Shown: positions 41,601-51,273, counted from the first letter of the stretch. The stretch is 64,000 nt of DNA from Patescibacteria group bacterium (GCA_026416845.1 JAOAEL010000005.1:229-64228); one strand, 5' to 3'. A program made the numbers and translations. Notes: generated by a model from the sequence alone, not told the origin.

Positions 41601-43883
41601 AAAAACAGTAGCTTTTATCCTTGCATTCCCATTATCAATATCGGCTTTGCTTTCAACCTTAAACTTAGAACCATACACCAAAACTGCAACATTTTGATAA
41701 ATTCCGGCAAATTCTGATTTGTCTAAACTAATCTTTAATGTTTCATAACTCGGATAGTATTTATTCTCAGAATAAGAAGGAACATATTTGTAAATAAACT
41801 CTCCATCTTTCCCTGTTTCAAGTTTAGCGACAATATTAGAACCTTTAATTACCGACAAAGGAACATAACTTGCAGCAGTTCCGTCAAAAAAACTAACTCT
41901 GCCAAAAAACTCAACTTCCTCTCCAGCAAAAATTACCTTTTTGTTGGATGCAACATCAATTTTCATCTTTGGTTTTACATATTCTTTTACCAAAACATTA
42001 CTAGCAGCTATTTCAATTCCATCCATAAATAGCGACAGTTCACAACATTGGTTTGTTAAATTATCAATTTTAAAACTACCTATAAAGGTACCATTAGAGG
42101 AAACAGGAATCTTTTTAGAGGCTTCAATCTTGTTATAGCCATAAGAAATACTGTCATACGAAGCAAGTTTTATTTCAACTTCAGAAGCTGAAGAATTAGT
42201 GTTGCGATTTTTTGCAACTCCCCAAAAATGCAAAGTGTCACCAAGTTTATACATATACCTATCTGTGTAAATGTACGACCAGTAATCATCTTCTGTTAAT
42301 TTGCCCGGCTTTTCCAAATCGTTTAACGATTCAATAGGCAAAATTAGCTTTTTATTATTTTTGCTTGTAATTTCAAAATACTTCTTATCTCCTTCAAAAA
42401 GACTTTCGGGAGTAGCAAATAACGCGATTCCTTCTTCATTAGTTGAATAACTAATCGATGAATTCATAACACCAACACTTGCACTCGCAACAGATGATCC
42501 GTCCACTGAATTTAACCAAAATAAAGTATTTTCCTTTGCAACAGAAACATACCCTATCAAAGGGGTAACTTGAAGCCATAGCTGTTCAAGTTTTTTGTTA
42601 TTGTCATAATAAAATTTAACTAAATAAAAACCTTCACTTAACTTGCTTGGAACTTTTAAATAGCTAACACGATCAATTTTTTCTATTTTTGTCTCACCTT
42701 CGGACACTTTTGTAAAATCTTTAGTGTTTATATTGTATTGTTCTGGAAAATAACGCCACCAACCCTCAATTATGTCAATTTGTTTTCTGGAACTCACAAA
42801 AACATCTGCGTTAGGCAATTTATAAATTTCAAATTTTATCTTCTCGTCATTATTCCAATTCTCTAAATACACCTCGGATATCACATCGCCATCGGGAATA
42901 ACTTGTTGCAAGTTTTCCTCCAAATAAAACCGATAATCATTTGCGATTTCGTCCGCAGTTTGAAAAGAAAAAATTAAATCTTTGTCCAAGGAGTCGACAC
43001 CATTAACTAGTTTTAAACCCTTTTTGAGAGTAATAGTATAAACTGTTCTAGGAGAGAATTTCTTGAGCGGCACAATTGACAAAACATTGCCTAGCCTTTC
43101 CAGCCGAAAATCAATTTTGGGATTCACTGTAAGATAACTGGCAGGATCTTCATAACTATCAAGATTAAATGTTATCTCTATACCAGAATTCAAAGGAACA
43201 TTCCTGGTTTTGTCTCTAGGCAAAGTGCTATTCACAGCAAATTTTGGCTGAGCTTGATATGCCCAACTATAATCCCGATCAAAATAATACCCATCTTTTT
43301 CTTTATCTTTTAGATCAAAGGAGAATGTAATTACCTCGCCAGGCAAAAGTTTTCTTTTTGGAATTAATTTAAATTCTGTGTCTTTCACTGGAACAACATT
43401 TACCGGAACAGAAGTTGAAATATGTTCATTTATGAAATTAACATCTACAGGCTTTTGTGTTTTTAGAACAAACTTTGCTAATGGCACAACACCATAACTT
43501 GTTTCGTCTTCTGAATTTGGGTTCAAATTAAAAAAAGATTGGCCTTTTTCAGAAATCGTCATCTTCTGCCAAACTCCAGAGTCAAGATCGTTAGAATTGG
43601 TAGTTATAAATGGAGATAACGAAAATTTCTTTTGATTTTGGAAACTTAAAACAACAAATAAAACCAATAGAACAAAAGATAGACTAATTATTGAAATGTA
43701 AACCTTCGCCTTTTTCGGACTTGTCTGATACCAATACCTTAATTTTTGAAAAAGAGGCAACACTTTTAATTTGGCAAATAAACCTTTAACAAAGTAAAAG
43801 ATGTCAAGGAAACTTTTTTTATTTTCACCAAAGTTACCCACAAAATAAGTATAAAGCCAGTAAAAAATTGATTTCAACAACAA
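38688..43883 (-). CDS. giant (1731 aa) alpha-2-macroglobulin-family surface protein, thioester-less type
   Basis: N-terminal TM anchor, long beta-rich MG-like repeats, and the A2M signature region DRSEFGDTAYF...LLDNITNWLIYAQGI (cf. R.FPETWlW...lPDSITTWrv). No CxEQ thioester motif was found. Confidence 0.5.
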   Translation of the reverse strand: MLLKSIFYWLYTYFVGNFGENKKSFLDIFYFVKGLFAKLKVLPLFQKLRYWYQTSPKKAKVYISIISLSFVLLVLFVVLSFQNQKKFSLSPFITTNSNDLDSGVWQKMTISEKGQSFFNLNPNSEDETSYGVVPLAKFVLKTQKPVDVNFINEHISTSVPVNVVPVKDTEFKLIPKRKLLPGEVITFSFDLKDKEKDGYYFDRDYSWAYQAQPKFAVNSTLPRDKTRNVPLNSGIEITFNLDSYEDPASYLTVNPKIDFRLERLGNVLSIVPLKKFSPRTVYTITLKKGLKLVNGVDSLDKDLIFSFQTADEIANDYRFYLEENLQQVIPDGDVISEVYLENWNNDEKIKFEIYKLPNADVFVSSRKQIDIIEGWWRYFPEQYNINTKDFTKVSEGETKIEKIDRVSYLKVPSKLSEGFYLVKFYYDNNKKLEQLWLQVTPLIGYVSVAKENTLFWLNSVDGSSVASASVGVMNSSISYSTNEEGIALFATPESLFEGDKKYFEITSKNNKKLILPIESLNDLEKPGKLTEDDYWSYIYTDRYMYKLGDTLHFWGVAKNRNTNSSASEVEIKLASYDSISYGYNKIEASKKIPVSSNGTFIGSFKIDNLTNQCCELSLFMDGIEIAASNVLVKEYVKPKMKIDVASNKKVIFAGEEVEFFGRVSFFDGTAASYVPLSVIKGSNIVAKLETGKDGEFIYKYVPSYSENKYYPSYETLKISLDKSEFAGIYQNVAVLVYGSKFKVESKADIDNGNARIKATVFNIDLGPFNEGVTSEVNADVARGQKVVVRSKRTWYERIEDGTYYDFVEKVTRTKYRYSTHQENLPDKELLTNNDGQIDYEMSLSKGSSYTFEIIAKDKDGRSAISREYLYYYYDEIGVSNGSFSYPYLKIEKGFSAFSVGENVDIKIYKDSKDYPDNEKNKFLFIKANRGNLSFSLKDEPSFSFVFDKSHKPNIYVGAIVFTGERYEEVEASCDCDYYPSYRYRYQAGFNGLQIFYQTKDSELDFDIKTGKLKYSPGEQSRITVKVSKNGQPKSGVTVALAVVDESLAAIGGANEPSIRKSIYKTTGDWVYYTYYTHRLLLYDGNRGGGNGGVDRSEFGDTAYFGSAITDQNGEAVFEFKLLDNITNWLIYAQGIDSDLNFGQEKASVIATKEFFVTNQFPSTIIKGDKAYLAINAYGKVLEKNKEVSYNYAFLDQNGEKAINKKEFSEFPFRDIHIPFPNLEVGNYKVKAGGKYKEHEDSIMLPLIVKSSRVMFEKRNDISLDQGQSINSLPIDELTKEENIKLVITDQGKGRFYNALYKYCNSYSNRIEKKLANVLANKSLKNWFNETDCQMVKQEFSGFQSNDGGIKQVLWGSSDVETSAWSAYVGADFFDKERLKKYFNDVLKDSTSPTLSKVYALWGLAVLGESRVNEMNRLEKNLFSYREKVVLAYAFFASGQTEKARQLYYDLLANFAYTNKPYVRIQSDQKNMDSYLLDSSYALLLGTMVDQKYNVGLGLYIRDYRTVVEDVILDLADISFIDHQISLFPDEDTNISLKMKDRSRRLTLNKGRGEVIVIDKDDASKFELKVDTGKALVSVNSHIENVEMLESDKRLGLSRSYNQVVGDSDDRISIGEIVEFKLDFSFDKEVAPAGFYCITDHLPSGFTYLENPTFFNVVSVNKIFMQQIRSNVVRACVPNSHWFSERQYKAVYYAKASAVGEYVLEPAFMQHEEEKSIFQKTDKSTIKVDAKI

Positions 43884-43904
43884 AAATCATTAAAAATAAT
43901 CAAA

Positions 43905-44810
43905 CTACAACCCTTTAAGCCTAAGTTGATTGACCAAATTTCTTTGTTCACTAGTTAACTTTTCAGGTATTGCAACATGAATTCTCACATATTGATCTCC
44001 ACGCCTCTGGTGCCTTAACCCTGGTACCCCGCGTTCACGAAGTCTTATCATACTATTAGATTGAGTTCCCGGTCGAATTTTTAGCTTTACATCACCGTCG
44101 ATAGTTGGCACTTTTATCTCTCCACCAAGAATAGCCATCGAAATAGGAATAACTTCTGTGATATATAAATCTTGTCCGTCGCGCTCGTAAATATTGCTTG
44201 GCTTAACGTTAATTGATAAAACAAAATCGTCAAATTGAATTCTTGTGCCATCGTCAACCCCTGCTGGAATTTTTACCTTTCTTTTCTTTCCATTAACTAC
44301 AATTTCCTTTTCAGCTCCTTTCATCGCTTCCATAAAATCAATCGTTATGGAGTATCTAGGGAGTCTATTTCTTCTAAAAGGGGAAGCGCTTCCAAAAAAT
44401 TGTTCAAAAATATCAAAAGGATCACCAAAATCAGTGCCACCAAAAGGGTTTTCAGAAGTATAAGTGTACGTATAAGTAAAAGGTCCAAAACTACCAAACC
44501 CACCAAAAGGGTTTCCTGCTCTTCCAGCGCTTCCCATCCCACCACCGGGCGCAAAAGCTTGATGCCCAAACTGATCATATGCCTGTCTTTTCTGTGGGTC
44601 GGAAAGCACTTGATACGCTTCATTTATTTCTTTAAAACGCTTCTCTGCCATTTCCTTGTCTGCTCCTTGGTGACGGTCAGGATGCCACTTAAGAGCTTGT
44701 TTGCGGTAAGCATTTTTGATCTCTTCAAGGGAAGCGTTTTTGCTTACACCCAGTAAATCATAGTAATCAGATTTTGCAACAGACATAACGAATTGTCTTA
44801 ATATTAGCAA
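43905..44810 (-). CDS. dnaJ: DnaJ-family co-chaperone, class B-like (J domain + G/F region + C-terminal domains, no Zn finger)
   Basis: DYYDLLGV...HPD J-domain. G/F-rich GGFGSFGPFTYTYTYT. No CxxCxGxG repeats. Confidence 0.8.
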   Translation of the reverse strand: MLILRQFVMSVAKSDYYDLLGVSKNASLEEIKNAYRKQALKWHPDRHQGADKEMAEKRFKEINEAYQVLSDPQKRQAYDQFGHQAFAPGGGMGSAGRAGNPFGGFGSFGPFTYTYTYTSENPFGGTDFGDPFDIFEQFFGSASPFRRNRLPRYSITIDFMEAMKGAEKEIVVNGKKRKVKIPAGVDDGTRIQFDDFVLSINVKPSNIYERDGQDLYITEVIPISMAILGGEIKVPTIDGDVKLKIRPGTQSNSMIRLRERGVPGLRHQRRGDQYVRIHVAIPEKLTSEQRNLVNQLRLKGL

Positions 44811-45010
44811 ACAAATTGTTTTAGTGCCAGCTGTATTAAATAAATCACTTTAGTAAATATATCTAGTAAATATAAAATAAATAGGGGAATAAAAATTTGT
44901 TGGTAAGTACATCAGTATTTCTCTAACTATTTTCCTCGTTTCCTTAAAATAAAAAAATTTAAAACACAAAAAGGATGAAACCAGAACCAAATTATCAAAA
45001 AATCAATCTC

Positions 45011-46933
45011 TTAGCCTACAACTTCTCCTTCTTCTACATCACCATTTTTATTTTTCTTAGACTTTGATGAATTGTCAGCACTATCTCCATTAGATTTATC
45101 ACCTTCAAAACTAGCATCTGCCCCAGATTGTTGATTTTTATACATTGTTTCACCAATCTTGGACAAGGTTTCCGACAAATCTTTAGTCGCAGATTCTATT
45201 TGCTCTTTAGTTGAATTTTCATTTGCTAACAAATCTTTTACTGATTTAATTTTCTCTTCTACTTGAGACTTGATATCAGAAGGAACTTTTTCTCCAGCGT
45301 CTTTTAGTGCTTTTTCTGCTGCAATTACCATAGAATCAGCTTGGTTTTTTGCCATAATCAATTCCGCCTTTTTTTCATCTTCAGCTTTATGCCTTTCAGC
45401 CTCTTCTTGCATCTTTTTAACTTCCTCGTCAGACAATCCAACAGCACCCGAAATAGTAATTTGTTGCTCTTTTCCACTTGCTTTGTCTTTAGCGCTTACT
45501 TTTAGTATTCCTGAGGCGTCAATATCAAAAGTAACTTCAATCTGAGGAACACCACGCGGAGCCGGTGGTATGCCATCAAGAATAAATCTTCCCAAGGATT
45601 TATTATCAGCCGAAAGCGGCCTTTCTCCCTGAGTGATATGAATTTCAACCTGAGTTTGATTATCTGCCGCAGTTGAAAATATTTCAGTCTTAGAAGCCGG
45701 AATTGTAGTATTTCTTGCAATCATTGGAGTTGCAACACCTCCCAAAGTTTCAATAGCAAGAGTAAGAGGTGTTACATCTAAAAGCAAAATGTCCTTTACT
45801 TCTCCCCCTAAAACTCCACCTTGAATAGCCGCTCCAATCGCGACAACTTCGTCAGGATTCACAGACTTATTTGGTTCTTTGCCAAAAAATTCTTTTACAG
45901 TTTCTATAACTTTAGGCATACGGGTCATACCACCAACCATAATCACCTCATCAATATCCGAAGCTTTCAGTTTTGCATCTTTTAATGCCGCCTCTACTGG
46001 TTTCATCGTACGCGCGATCAAATCCGCAACTAAACCTTCAAACTTTGCCCTAGTGATTTTCATTGTCAAATGAAGCGGTTGCCCATTGTGCTGAGTAATA
46101 TACGGCTGATTGATTTCCACTTCTGCTGCGGCAGAGAGCTCTATCTTTGCTTTTTCTGCGGCATCTCGCACTCTTTGTAAAGCTTGCTTGTCTTGCCTTA
46201 AATCTACTCCGTTATCTTTTTTGAATTCATCACAAATATAATCCACTAGTTTTTCATCAAAATCGTCTCCTCCAAGATGCGTATCGCCATTTGTTGCCTT
46301 TACCTCAAAAACACCATCTCCTAACTCAAGAATTGAAATATCAAAAGTTCCTCCGCCAAGGTCATAAACAGCAATTTTTTGAGCGTTTTTCTTATCCAAA
46401 CCATAAGCCAAAGCCGCAGCCGTCGGCTCGTTTATAATACGCTCCACTTTAAGTCCAGCAATCTCGCCAGCCTGTTTTGTAGCTTGACGTTGAGCATCAT
46501 CAAAGTAAGCCGGAACTGTGATGACTGCTTGCGTCACTGGTTCCCCCAAATAGGCCTCTGCGTCTTTTTTCAACTTCATTAGAACTCTTGCACCAATTTC
46601 CTGAGGAGTATAATCTTTACTTTCTACCCGAATCACAGCCATTCTATCTTTGCCTGCTCTAATTTCAAAAGGAACCATTTTTTGCGTGCGTTTTACTTCT
46701 TCATCGTCTATTCTTCTACCCATTAGCCGCTTAGCGGAATAAATAGTATTTTTAGGATTTAAAATCATTTGGCGCTTTGCAACATCACCAACAAGATTTT
46801 TCACCGGCTCAACAACAGAAGGGGTCACATTTCTGCCGGTATCTGAAGCAGGTATCACCTTAGGTTGCCCACCTTCCATCACGGCTACAACACTATTGGT
46901 AGTTCCAAGATCTATGCCTACAATTTTTCCCAT
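45011..46933 (-). CDS. dnaK: chaperone DnaK (Hsp70)
   Basis: [26 protein letters not shown]. Acidic C-terminal tail. The likely start is M23 of the ORF (cat at 46931-46933). Confidence 0.92.
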   Translation of the reverse strand: MGKIVGIDLGTTNSVVAVMEGGQPKVIPASDTGRNVTPSVVEPVKNLVGDVAKRQMILNPKNTIYSAKRLMGRRIDDEEVKRTQKMVPFEIRAGKDRMAVIRVESKDYTPQEIGARVLMKLKKDAEAYLGEPVTQAVITVPAYFDDAQRQATKQAGEIAGLKVERIINEPTAAALAYGLDKKNAQKIAVYDLGGGTFDISILELGDGVFEVKATNGDTHLGGDDFDEKLVDYICDEFKKDNGVDLRQDKQALQRVRDAAEKAKIELSAAAEVEINQPYITQHNGQPLHLTMKITRAKFEGLVADLIARTMKPVEAALKDAKLKASDIDEVIMVGGMTRMPKVIETVKEFFGKEPNKSVNPDEVVAIGAAIQGGVLGGEVKDILLLDVTPLTLAIETLGGVATPMIARNTTIPASKTEIFSTAADNQTQVEIHITQGERPLSADNKSLGRFILDGIPPAPRGVPQIEVTFDIDASGILKVSAKDKASGKEQQITISGAVGLSDEEVKKMQEEAERHKAEDEKKAELIMAKNQADSMVIAAEKALKDAGEKVPSDIKSQVEEKIKSVKDLLANENSTKEQIESATKDLSETLSKIGETMYKNQQSGADASFEGDKSNGDSADNSSKSKKNKNGDVEEGEVVG

Positions 46934-47029
46934 AAGCGATATTCTAAATTTAGCTAAATCACTAAAGACATTAATCAATGCAAAAACCAAAATTTGCACT
47001 GATTAAAATCTTTAGCAATTGTTAATTTG

Positions 47030-47527
47030 TTAATTAGACTGCTTTTTACTTACTTTTACTCTCGCATGTCTTATAACAGCGCCCTCTTTAAACTTCCAAC
47101 CGCTTTGCAAAACTTCAACAACTTTTCCATCTTCCCCATCTACAACTTCTACCGCTTCATGCAAATTATGATCAAAGTCTTCACCTGCTTTTGGTATTAT
47201 CTCAATCAAATCTTGATCAATCAATACCTTCTTAAACTCATTCAAGGCTATACCCAAACCTTGATCATTTAAATGCTTTTGCGTTGCTTCAAACATATCT
47301 AAAACAGGCAAAAGCCTAACAATCACCTCTTGAGTAGCGAATTTTAACCAAACGCTTTTTTCTTGCTCCATACGCTTTTTTAAATTGTCATAATCTGCCC
47401 AAGCCCTTGCAAGTTGAGCTTTAGGGACCATTTCAACATCGTCTAAAATTTCCTTTTTAGACTTCTTGACTGCACTTTTTTGTTCATCTTTTTCTTTTTT
47501 TACTTTTACTTGCTTATTATCTTTCAT
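47030..47527 (-). CDS. grpE: nucleotide exchange factor GrpE
   Basis: 165 aa. K/E-rich N-terminus, then a coiled-coil + beta-domain pattern. Lies between hrcA and dnaK. Confidence 0.8.
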   Translation of the reverse strand: MKDNKQVKVKKEKDEQKSAVKKSKKEILDDVEMVPKAQLARAWADYDNLKKRMEQEKSVWLKFATQEVIVRLLPVLDMFEATQKHLNDQGLGIALNEFKKVLIDQDLIEIIPKAGEDFDHNLHEAVEVVDGEDGKVVEVLQSGWKFKEGAVIRHARVKVSKKQSN

Positions 47528-48257
47528 ATTCTAAAATTTCACCAAGCAAATTTTGAACATACTTTACTTTTGGAATAACTTCTTGATACTCCAGTCTTAC
47601 TGGACCTATAACACCAAATCCTACTTGCTTGTCCTCAAAAACAAGTCTAGTTCCGACAACAGCAACACGATTAAAATCTGGCCGACCTAAATCTTCGCCA
47701 AAGACAACTTCTACAGGAGTGCTTCCGGTCATATGCTCAAAGAAAAGCTCTTGCAAAAACTCTACTTGTTCAACACATGAAAACAAAGAAGCTGTGAGGC
47801 TAATATCATCAAACTCAGGATTTTGTAAAACACTTGAATGGCCCCAACACCACAATTTTTTATTAGGAAAAGCAGTAGCAACAGCAAGATTTTTTGTAAT
47901 AACCGAAAGCATGTAAGTTACTTTTTCTAAAACCTCATTAAAATCTTCTCTTACGCTCCAAACATTTTCTTTAACTTTAACTTCCTCTGCTATAGACATT
48001 TGTTTCTCTTCCATTAATTGACTAATATAAAACTTGATAGCTGGAGGCAAAGGAATTCTACCTGCTGAAGCATGAGGTTGTTGTAAGTATCCAATTCTTG
48101 TGAGATAAGCCATTTCATTTCTTATAGTTGCCGGAGACACACCAAGATTATACTTTCTTTCCAAACTTTCAGATCCTACCGGCTCAGCTGTCTGGATGTA
48201 CTCATCGATTAATGCCTTTAAAATATTTGTTTGCCTTGCAGATAAACCTCCAAACAT
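47517..48257 (-). CDS. hrcA: heat-inducible transcription repressor HrcA
   Basis: LSARQTNILKALIDEYIQTAEPVGSESL...SPATIRNEMAYL N-terminal winged helix. First gene of the hrcA-grpE-dnaK-dnaJ block. Confidence 0.8.
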   Translation of the reverse strand: MFGGLSARQTNILKALIDEYIQTAEPVGSESLERKYNLGVSPATIRNEMAYLTRIGYLQQPHASAGRIPLPPAIKFYISQLMEEKQMSIAEEVKVKENVWSVREDFNEVLEKVTYMLSVITKNLAVATAFPNKKLWCWGHSSVLQNPEFDDISLTASLFSCVEQVEFLQELFFEHMTGSTPVEVVFGEDLGRPDFNRVAVVGTRLVFEDKQVGFGVIGPVRLEYQEVIPKVKYVQNLLGEILEYER

Positions 48258-48279
48258 ATATCAAAAATATTATTAATTT

Positions 48280-48306
48280 TTAGCAGAAGTATATTGCAAG
48301 TGCTAA
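48280..48306. promoter_or_regulatory. CIRCE-like operator (HrcA binding site)
   Basis: TTAGCAGAA-GTATATTGC-AAGTGCTAA. This is a 9-N9-9 inverted repeat matching the CIRCE consensus TTAGCACTC-N9-GAGTGCTAA at 14/18 arm positions. It lies 23 nt upstream of the hrcA start. Confidence 0.7.
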
Positions 48307-48317
48307 AAATTTGTCAA
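48288..48317 (-). promoter_or_regulatory. sigma70-type promoter of the hrcA operon overlapping CIRCE
   Basis: Minus strand TTGACA (rc of 48312-48317), 18-nt spacer, TATACT (rc of 48288-48293). Confidence 0.5.
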
Positions 48318-48329
48318 GTAGATATTCTC

Positions 48330-50072
48330 CTAAATGGATATAGTCGTTTCGTTAGACGAAACAGAAACCACATTTGTATTGTTACTACTGCTATTTTTCT
48401 TTTTATCATTTCTAAAAATTTGCTTTAAATAATAAAAAAAAGAAACAACTTCTCTTGAGCCAACCAAAAAACAAAATAATAAATAAAAAATTATTCCAAA
48501 CAAACCAACCAAAAAAGTTAATACTAACAAACTATTTGCATACCTAGTATCTAAAACAAAAATCTCAAAAGGTATATTTTGTGCAATCTCAATTTTGCCC
48601 AAAAAAGACATCTTTTTAATCCACACTGACTTATCAAAAAATTTGAGCAGAAAAAACATTACAACACCAGAAAAAACACCTGCAATCAAAAGACGCAAAA
48701 TAGGAATGATATCAGAGAATTTGATCCCGCCAATTTTCTCAAACAAAAAAAAATAAAGAATAATAAACTGAAAGGTTATACAAAACGAATAAGAAGCAGC
48801 TAATCCCCAAATGCCCACACCTAAAATTTTAATTAAAAAGAAATTTACAAAAATAATGCCACAAATAGTAAAAATTGCAACAATAACAGGAGTTTTTGTA
48901 TCATGTAACGCATAAAATGCCCTAGACAAAAGAGCAATCCCTACTTGAGCCAAAATTCCCATGGCAAAAGCTGATAACACCAAACTTGTTTGATAAGTAG
49001 ATTGCCAATCAAAAAGCTCTCGTCCATAAACAATTCTTACAATTGGAACTCGAAGAACTATGATCATTACAACAAAAGGCAAAACCATAAATATAGAATG
49101 AACAAGTAATTGATTTACCGCTCTTCTAAACTTAAACAAATCATCCGAAAAATCTGATAGTACAGGCAAAGCAGCTTTTGCGATAGACAGACCAAATAAA
49201 CTAACTGGAATAGATTGCAATGTGTTTGCTAAATAAAAATGGGCATATGAAGAAACGGAAATAATCGAAGCTAAAAACAGCTCAATCATTTTTGAAGCTT
49301 GAATAAAAATTATTTCCAACAATCTAGGTATTGCAAGTTTGCCAATTTTTTTAACATCTTCATCAAAACAAATATTAAACCTAATCCTAAAACCCAAACT
49401 GATAGCAAGCGGTAGCTGAATTGCAAAATGTATCATTGCGCCGAACAAAGCCCCACAAGAAGAGGCGATTAGCCCATAATCCTGACCAAAAAAATAAGTA
49501 ATCAAAATAATACCTAAATTGTAAAAAACAGGCGCCAAAGCAGGTATCAAAAACTTTTTTAATGATTCTAATATTCCCGTTAAAACATAACTTGCGACAA
49601 AAAAAATCTGAGCAACCAACAATATTCGTGTTTGTTCAATAATAATTTGCCTCTGAACATCATCGTATCCAGGAGCAACAAATTTATATATGTTATCAGC
49701 AAAAATCATAATAAAAATTCCAATGAAAATTATTGCTGCCACTCCCAAATTCATAACTGTTGACGCAATGTTCCAAGCACGGTTCCTATCTTTTTTTACA
49801 GCTTTTGAAAAAACAGGTATAAAAGAAGAAGAAAAAGTACCAAAAACCAGAATTTCAAATAAAGTATCCGGTAATCTAAAAGCCGCAAAAAATAAAGAAA
49901 TTTCATCTGCTGTGAAAACTTGCAACAGGATGTTGTTTCTAAAAAGTCCAAGAATCTTTGAAAGAATTATTGTAAATATTATTATTCCAGCTGCAGAAAA
50001 AACTGTTTCTTGGGAAGAAAATAAAAAATCCTTAAATTCACAAAATAATTTACGCATTTTATAAATACACAT
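48330..50072 (-). CDS. murJ: lipid II flippase MurJ (MviN)
   Basis: 580 aa, about 14 TMs. N-terminal block ILSKILGLFRNNILLQVFTADEISLFFAAFRLPDTLFEIL typical of MurJ. Confidence 0.8.
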   Translation of the reverse strand: MCIYKMRKLFCEFKDFLFSSQETVFSAAGIIIFTIILSKILGLFRNNILLQVFTADEISLFFAAFRLPDTLFEILVFGTFSSSFIPVFSKAVKKDRNRAWNIASTVMNLGVAAIIFIGIFIMIFADNIYKFVAPGYDDVQRQIIIEQTRILLVAQIFFVASYVLTGILESLKKFLIPALAPVFYNLGIILITYFFGQDYGLIASSCGALFGAMIHFAIQLPLAISLGFRIRFNICFDEDVKKIGKLAIPRLLEIIFIQASKMIELFLASIISVSSYAHFYLANTLQSIPVSLFGLSIAKAALPVLSDFSDDLFKFRRAVNQLLVHSIFMVLPFVVMIIVLRVPIVRIVYGRELFDWQSTYQTSLVLSAFAMGILAQVGIALLSRAFYALHDTKTPVIVAIFTICGIIFVNFFLIKILGVGIWGLAASYSFCITFQFIILYFFLFEKIGGIKFSDIIPILRLLIAGVFSGVVMFFLLKFFDKSVWIKKMSFLGKIEIAQNIPFEIFVLDTRYANSLLVLTFLVGLFGIIFYLLFCFLVGSREVVSFFYYLKQIFRNDKKKNSSSNNTNVVSVSSNETTISI

Positions 50073-50107
50073 AAATTTTGTTGATATTTTTACTTCTTTG
50101 AAATATA

Positions 50108-50131
50108 CTTAGCATAATAGGCTATGCTAAG
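50108..50131. promoter_or_regulatory. perfect 9-bp inverted repeat (CTTAGCATA-N6-TATGCTAAG) in the divergent murJ/rpsT intergenic region
   Basis: Seen directly in the sequence. The arms share TTAGCA with the CIRCE half-site. No gene overlaps it. Confidence 0.4.
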
Positions 50132-50274
50132 CTCTTTTAGGCTTGTTTAGCTTTAAGCAAGGCTTGAAAGTTTATATTCAAAAAAATTTGATTATTTTTT
50201 TTAATTTTAATGCAAAAAATTGTAAATCGCACCAAACCTAAGCATTATTAAAAGATAAAATAAAGTATCTATTT

Positions 50275-50508
50275 ATGCCAGTAACAAAAACAGCAAAACG
50301 AGCCCTTAGATCATCAAAAAGAAAAGCGAACCAAAATAAAAAAGCAATTGCCAAGCTAGAAATCGCAATTCGAGAAGCAAAAAAAACAAAAAAGCAAAAA
50401 GCTATATCATTGGTCTATTCATTAGCAGACAAAGCTGCTAAAAAACATATAATTAAAGTTAAAAAAGCAAACAGAATAAAATTCAAAATAGCAAAATATT
50501 TACAATAA
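50275..50508 (+). CDS. rpsT: 30S ribosomal protein S20
   Basis: MPVTKTAKRALRSSKRKANQNKK... is a basic alpha-helical S20, 77 aa. Confidence 0.88.
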   Translation: MPVTKTAKRALRSSKRKANQNKKAIAKLEIAIREAKKTKKQKAISLVYSLADKAAKKHIIKVKKANRIKFKIAKYLQ

Positions 50509-50686
50509 ACCATTTTTGCACGCTCCATCAATTTGCTATTTAATTTAAATTAAAACAAAATTCAGTCTGAGCCACTTACTTTTGTTTCTTTCTTTTGGTA
50601 TATTGTTTTTTAAGATAAATTTAAAGTTAACATAACAAAAATAAGCAAATTCTATAACAAAATTTTTCTACGTTTACAAGGTTCAT

Positions 50687-51271
50687 ATGAATATAAATCC
50701 AACAAAAAAAAGAAAAAAGGGCGCTCAAATAAACCTTTTACCGAGTCAAGAATTTTCTCAAACAACCCTTGGAAGATTTTTAAATTGGATAACTTCAACT
50801 TTTAGGTTGATTGTTATTGTCACAGAACTCTTTGTCATGATAGCTTTTCTTTCTAGGTTCTGGCTAGATGCAAAAATAAACGATCAAAAAGATGAAATAA
50901 CAAACAAACAAGCTGCAATAAATCTGACAATGGATTTTGAAAGAGAGTTTAGAAATTTACAATACAAGCTAAAGCTTTACAAAGAAATAGAAAGTTCACT
51001 TCCTCCAATTTCAAATTGGCTAAATAACCTAACAACTAGTTTACCAACAGATGTATATCTAACATCTATTAACTATACAGAAAAAAACGGCCTTTCAATT
51101 CAAGGAATATCTGGCAACGAAATAAGCATTCAACAAACTTTGGCTAACATTAAAGCAAAAGACAATTTTGCCGGAGCATTCTTGTCAGAAATAAAAACAG
51201 GTGAAGAAAATTTTTCAGTTTTAAATTTTAAGATTTGGGCAATATCGCGATCAAACATAACAACAAACTAA
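50687..51271 (+). CDS. pilN: PilN-like type IV pilus/secretion assembly protein
   Basis: Hallmark N-terminal INLLP motif (GAQINLLPSQEF), then a basic stretch, one TM, and a coiled-coil plus a periplasmic domain. Confidence 0.6.
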   Translation: MNINPTKKRKKGAQINLLPSQEFSQTTLGRFLNWITSTFRLIVIVTELFVMIAFLSRFWLDAKINDQKDEITNKQAAINLTMDFEREFRNLQYKLKLYKEIESSLPPISNWLNNLTTSLPTDVYLTSINYTEKNGLSIQGISGNEISIQQTLANIKAKDNFAGAFLSEIKTGEENFSVLNFKIWAISRSNITTN

Positions 51272-51273
51272 AA

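Noticed and set aside
50073-50274. Replication origin at the strand-switch region
   Set aside because: There are no DnaA boxes and no dnaA or dnaN gene nearby. Only the gene-orientation pattern supports it, so it is kept as a low-interest observation.
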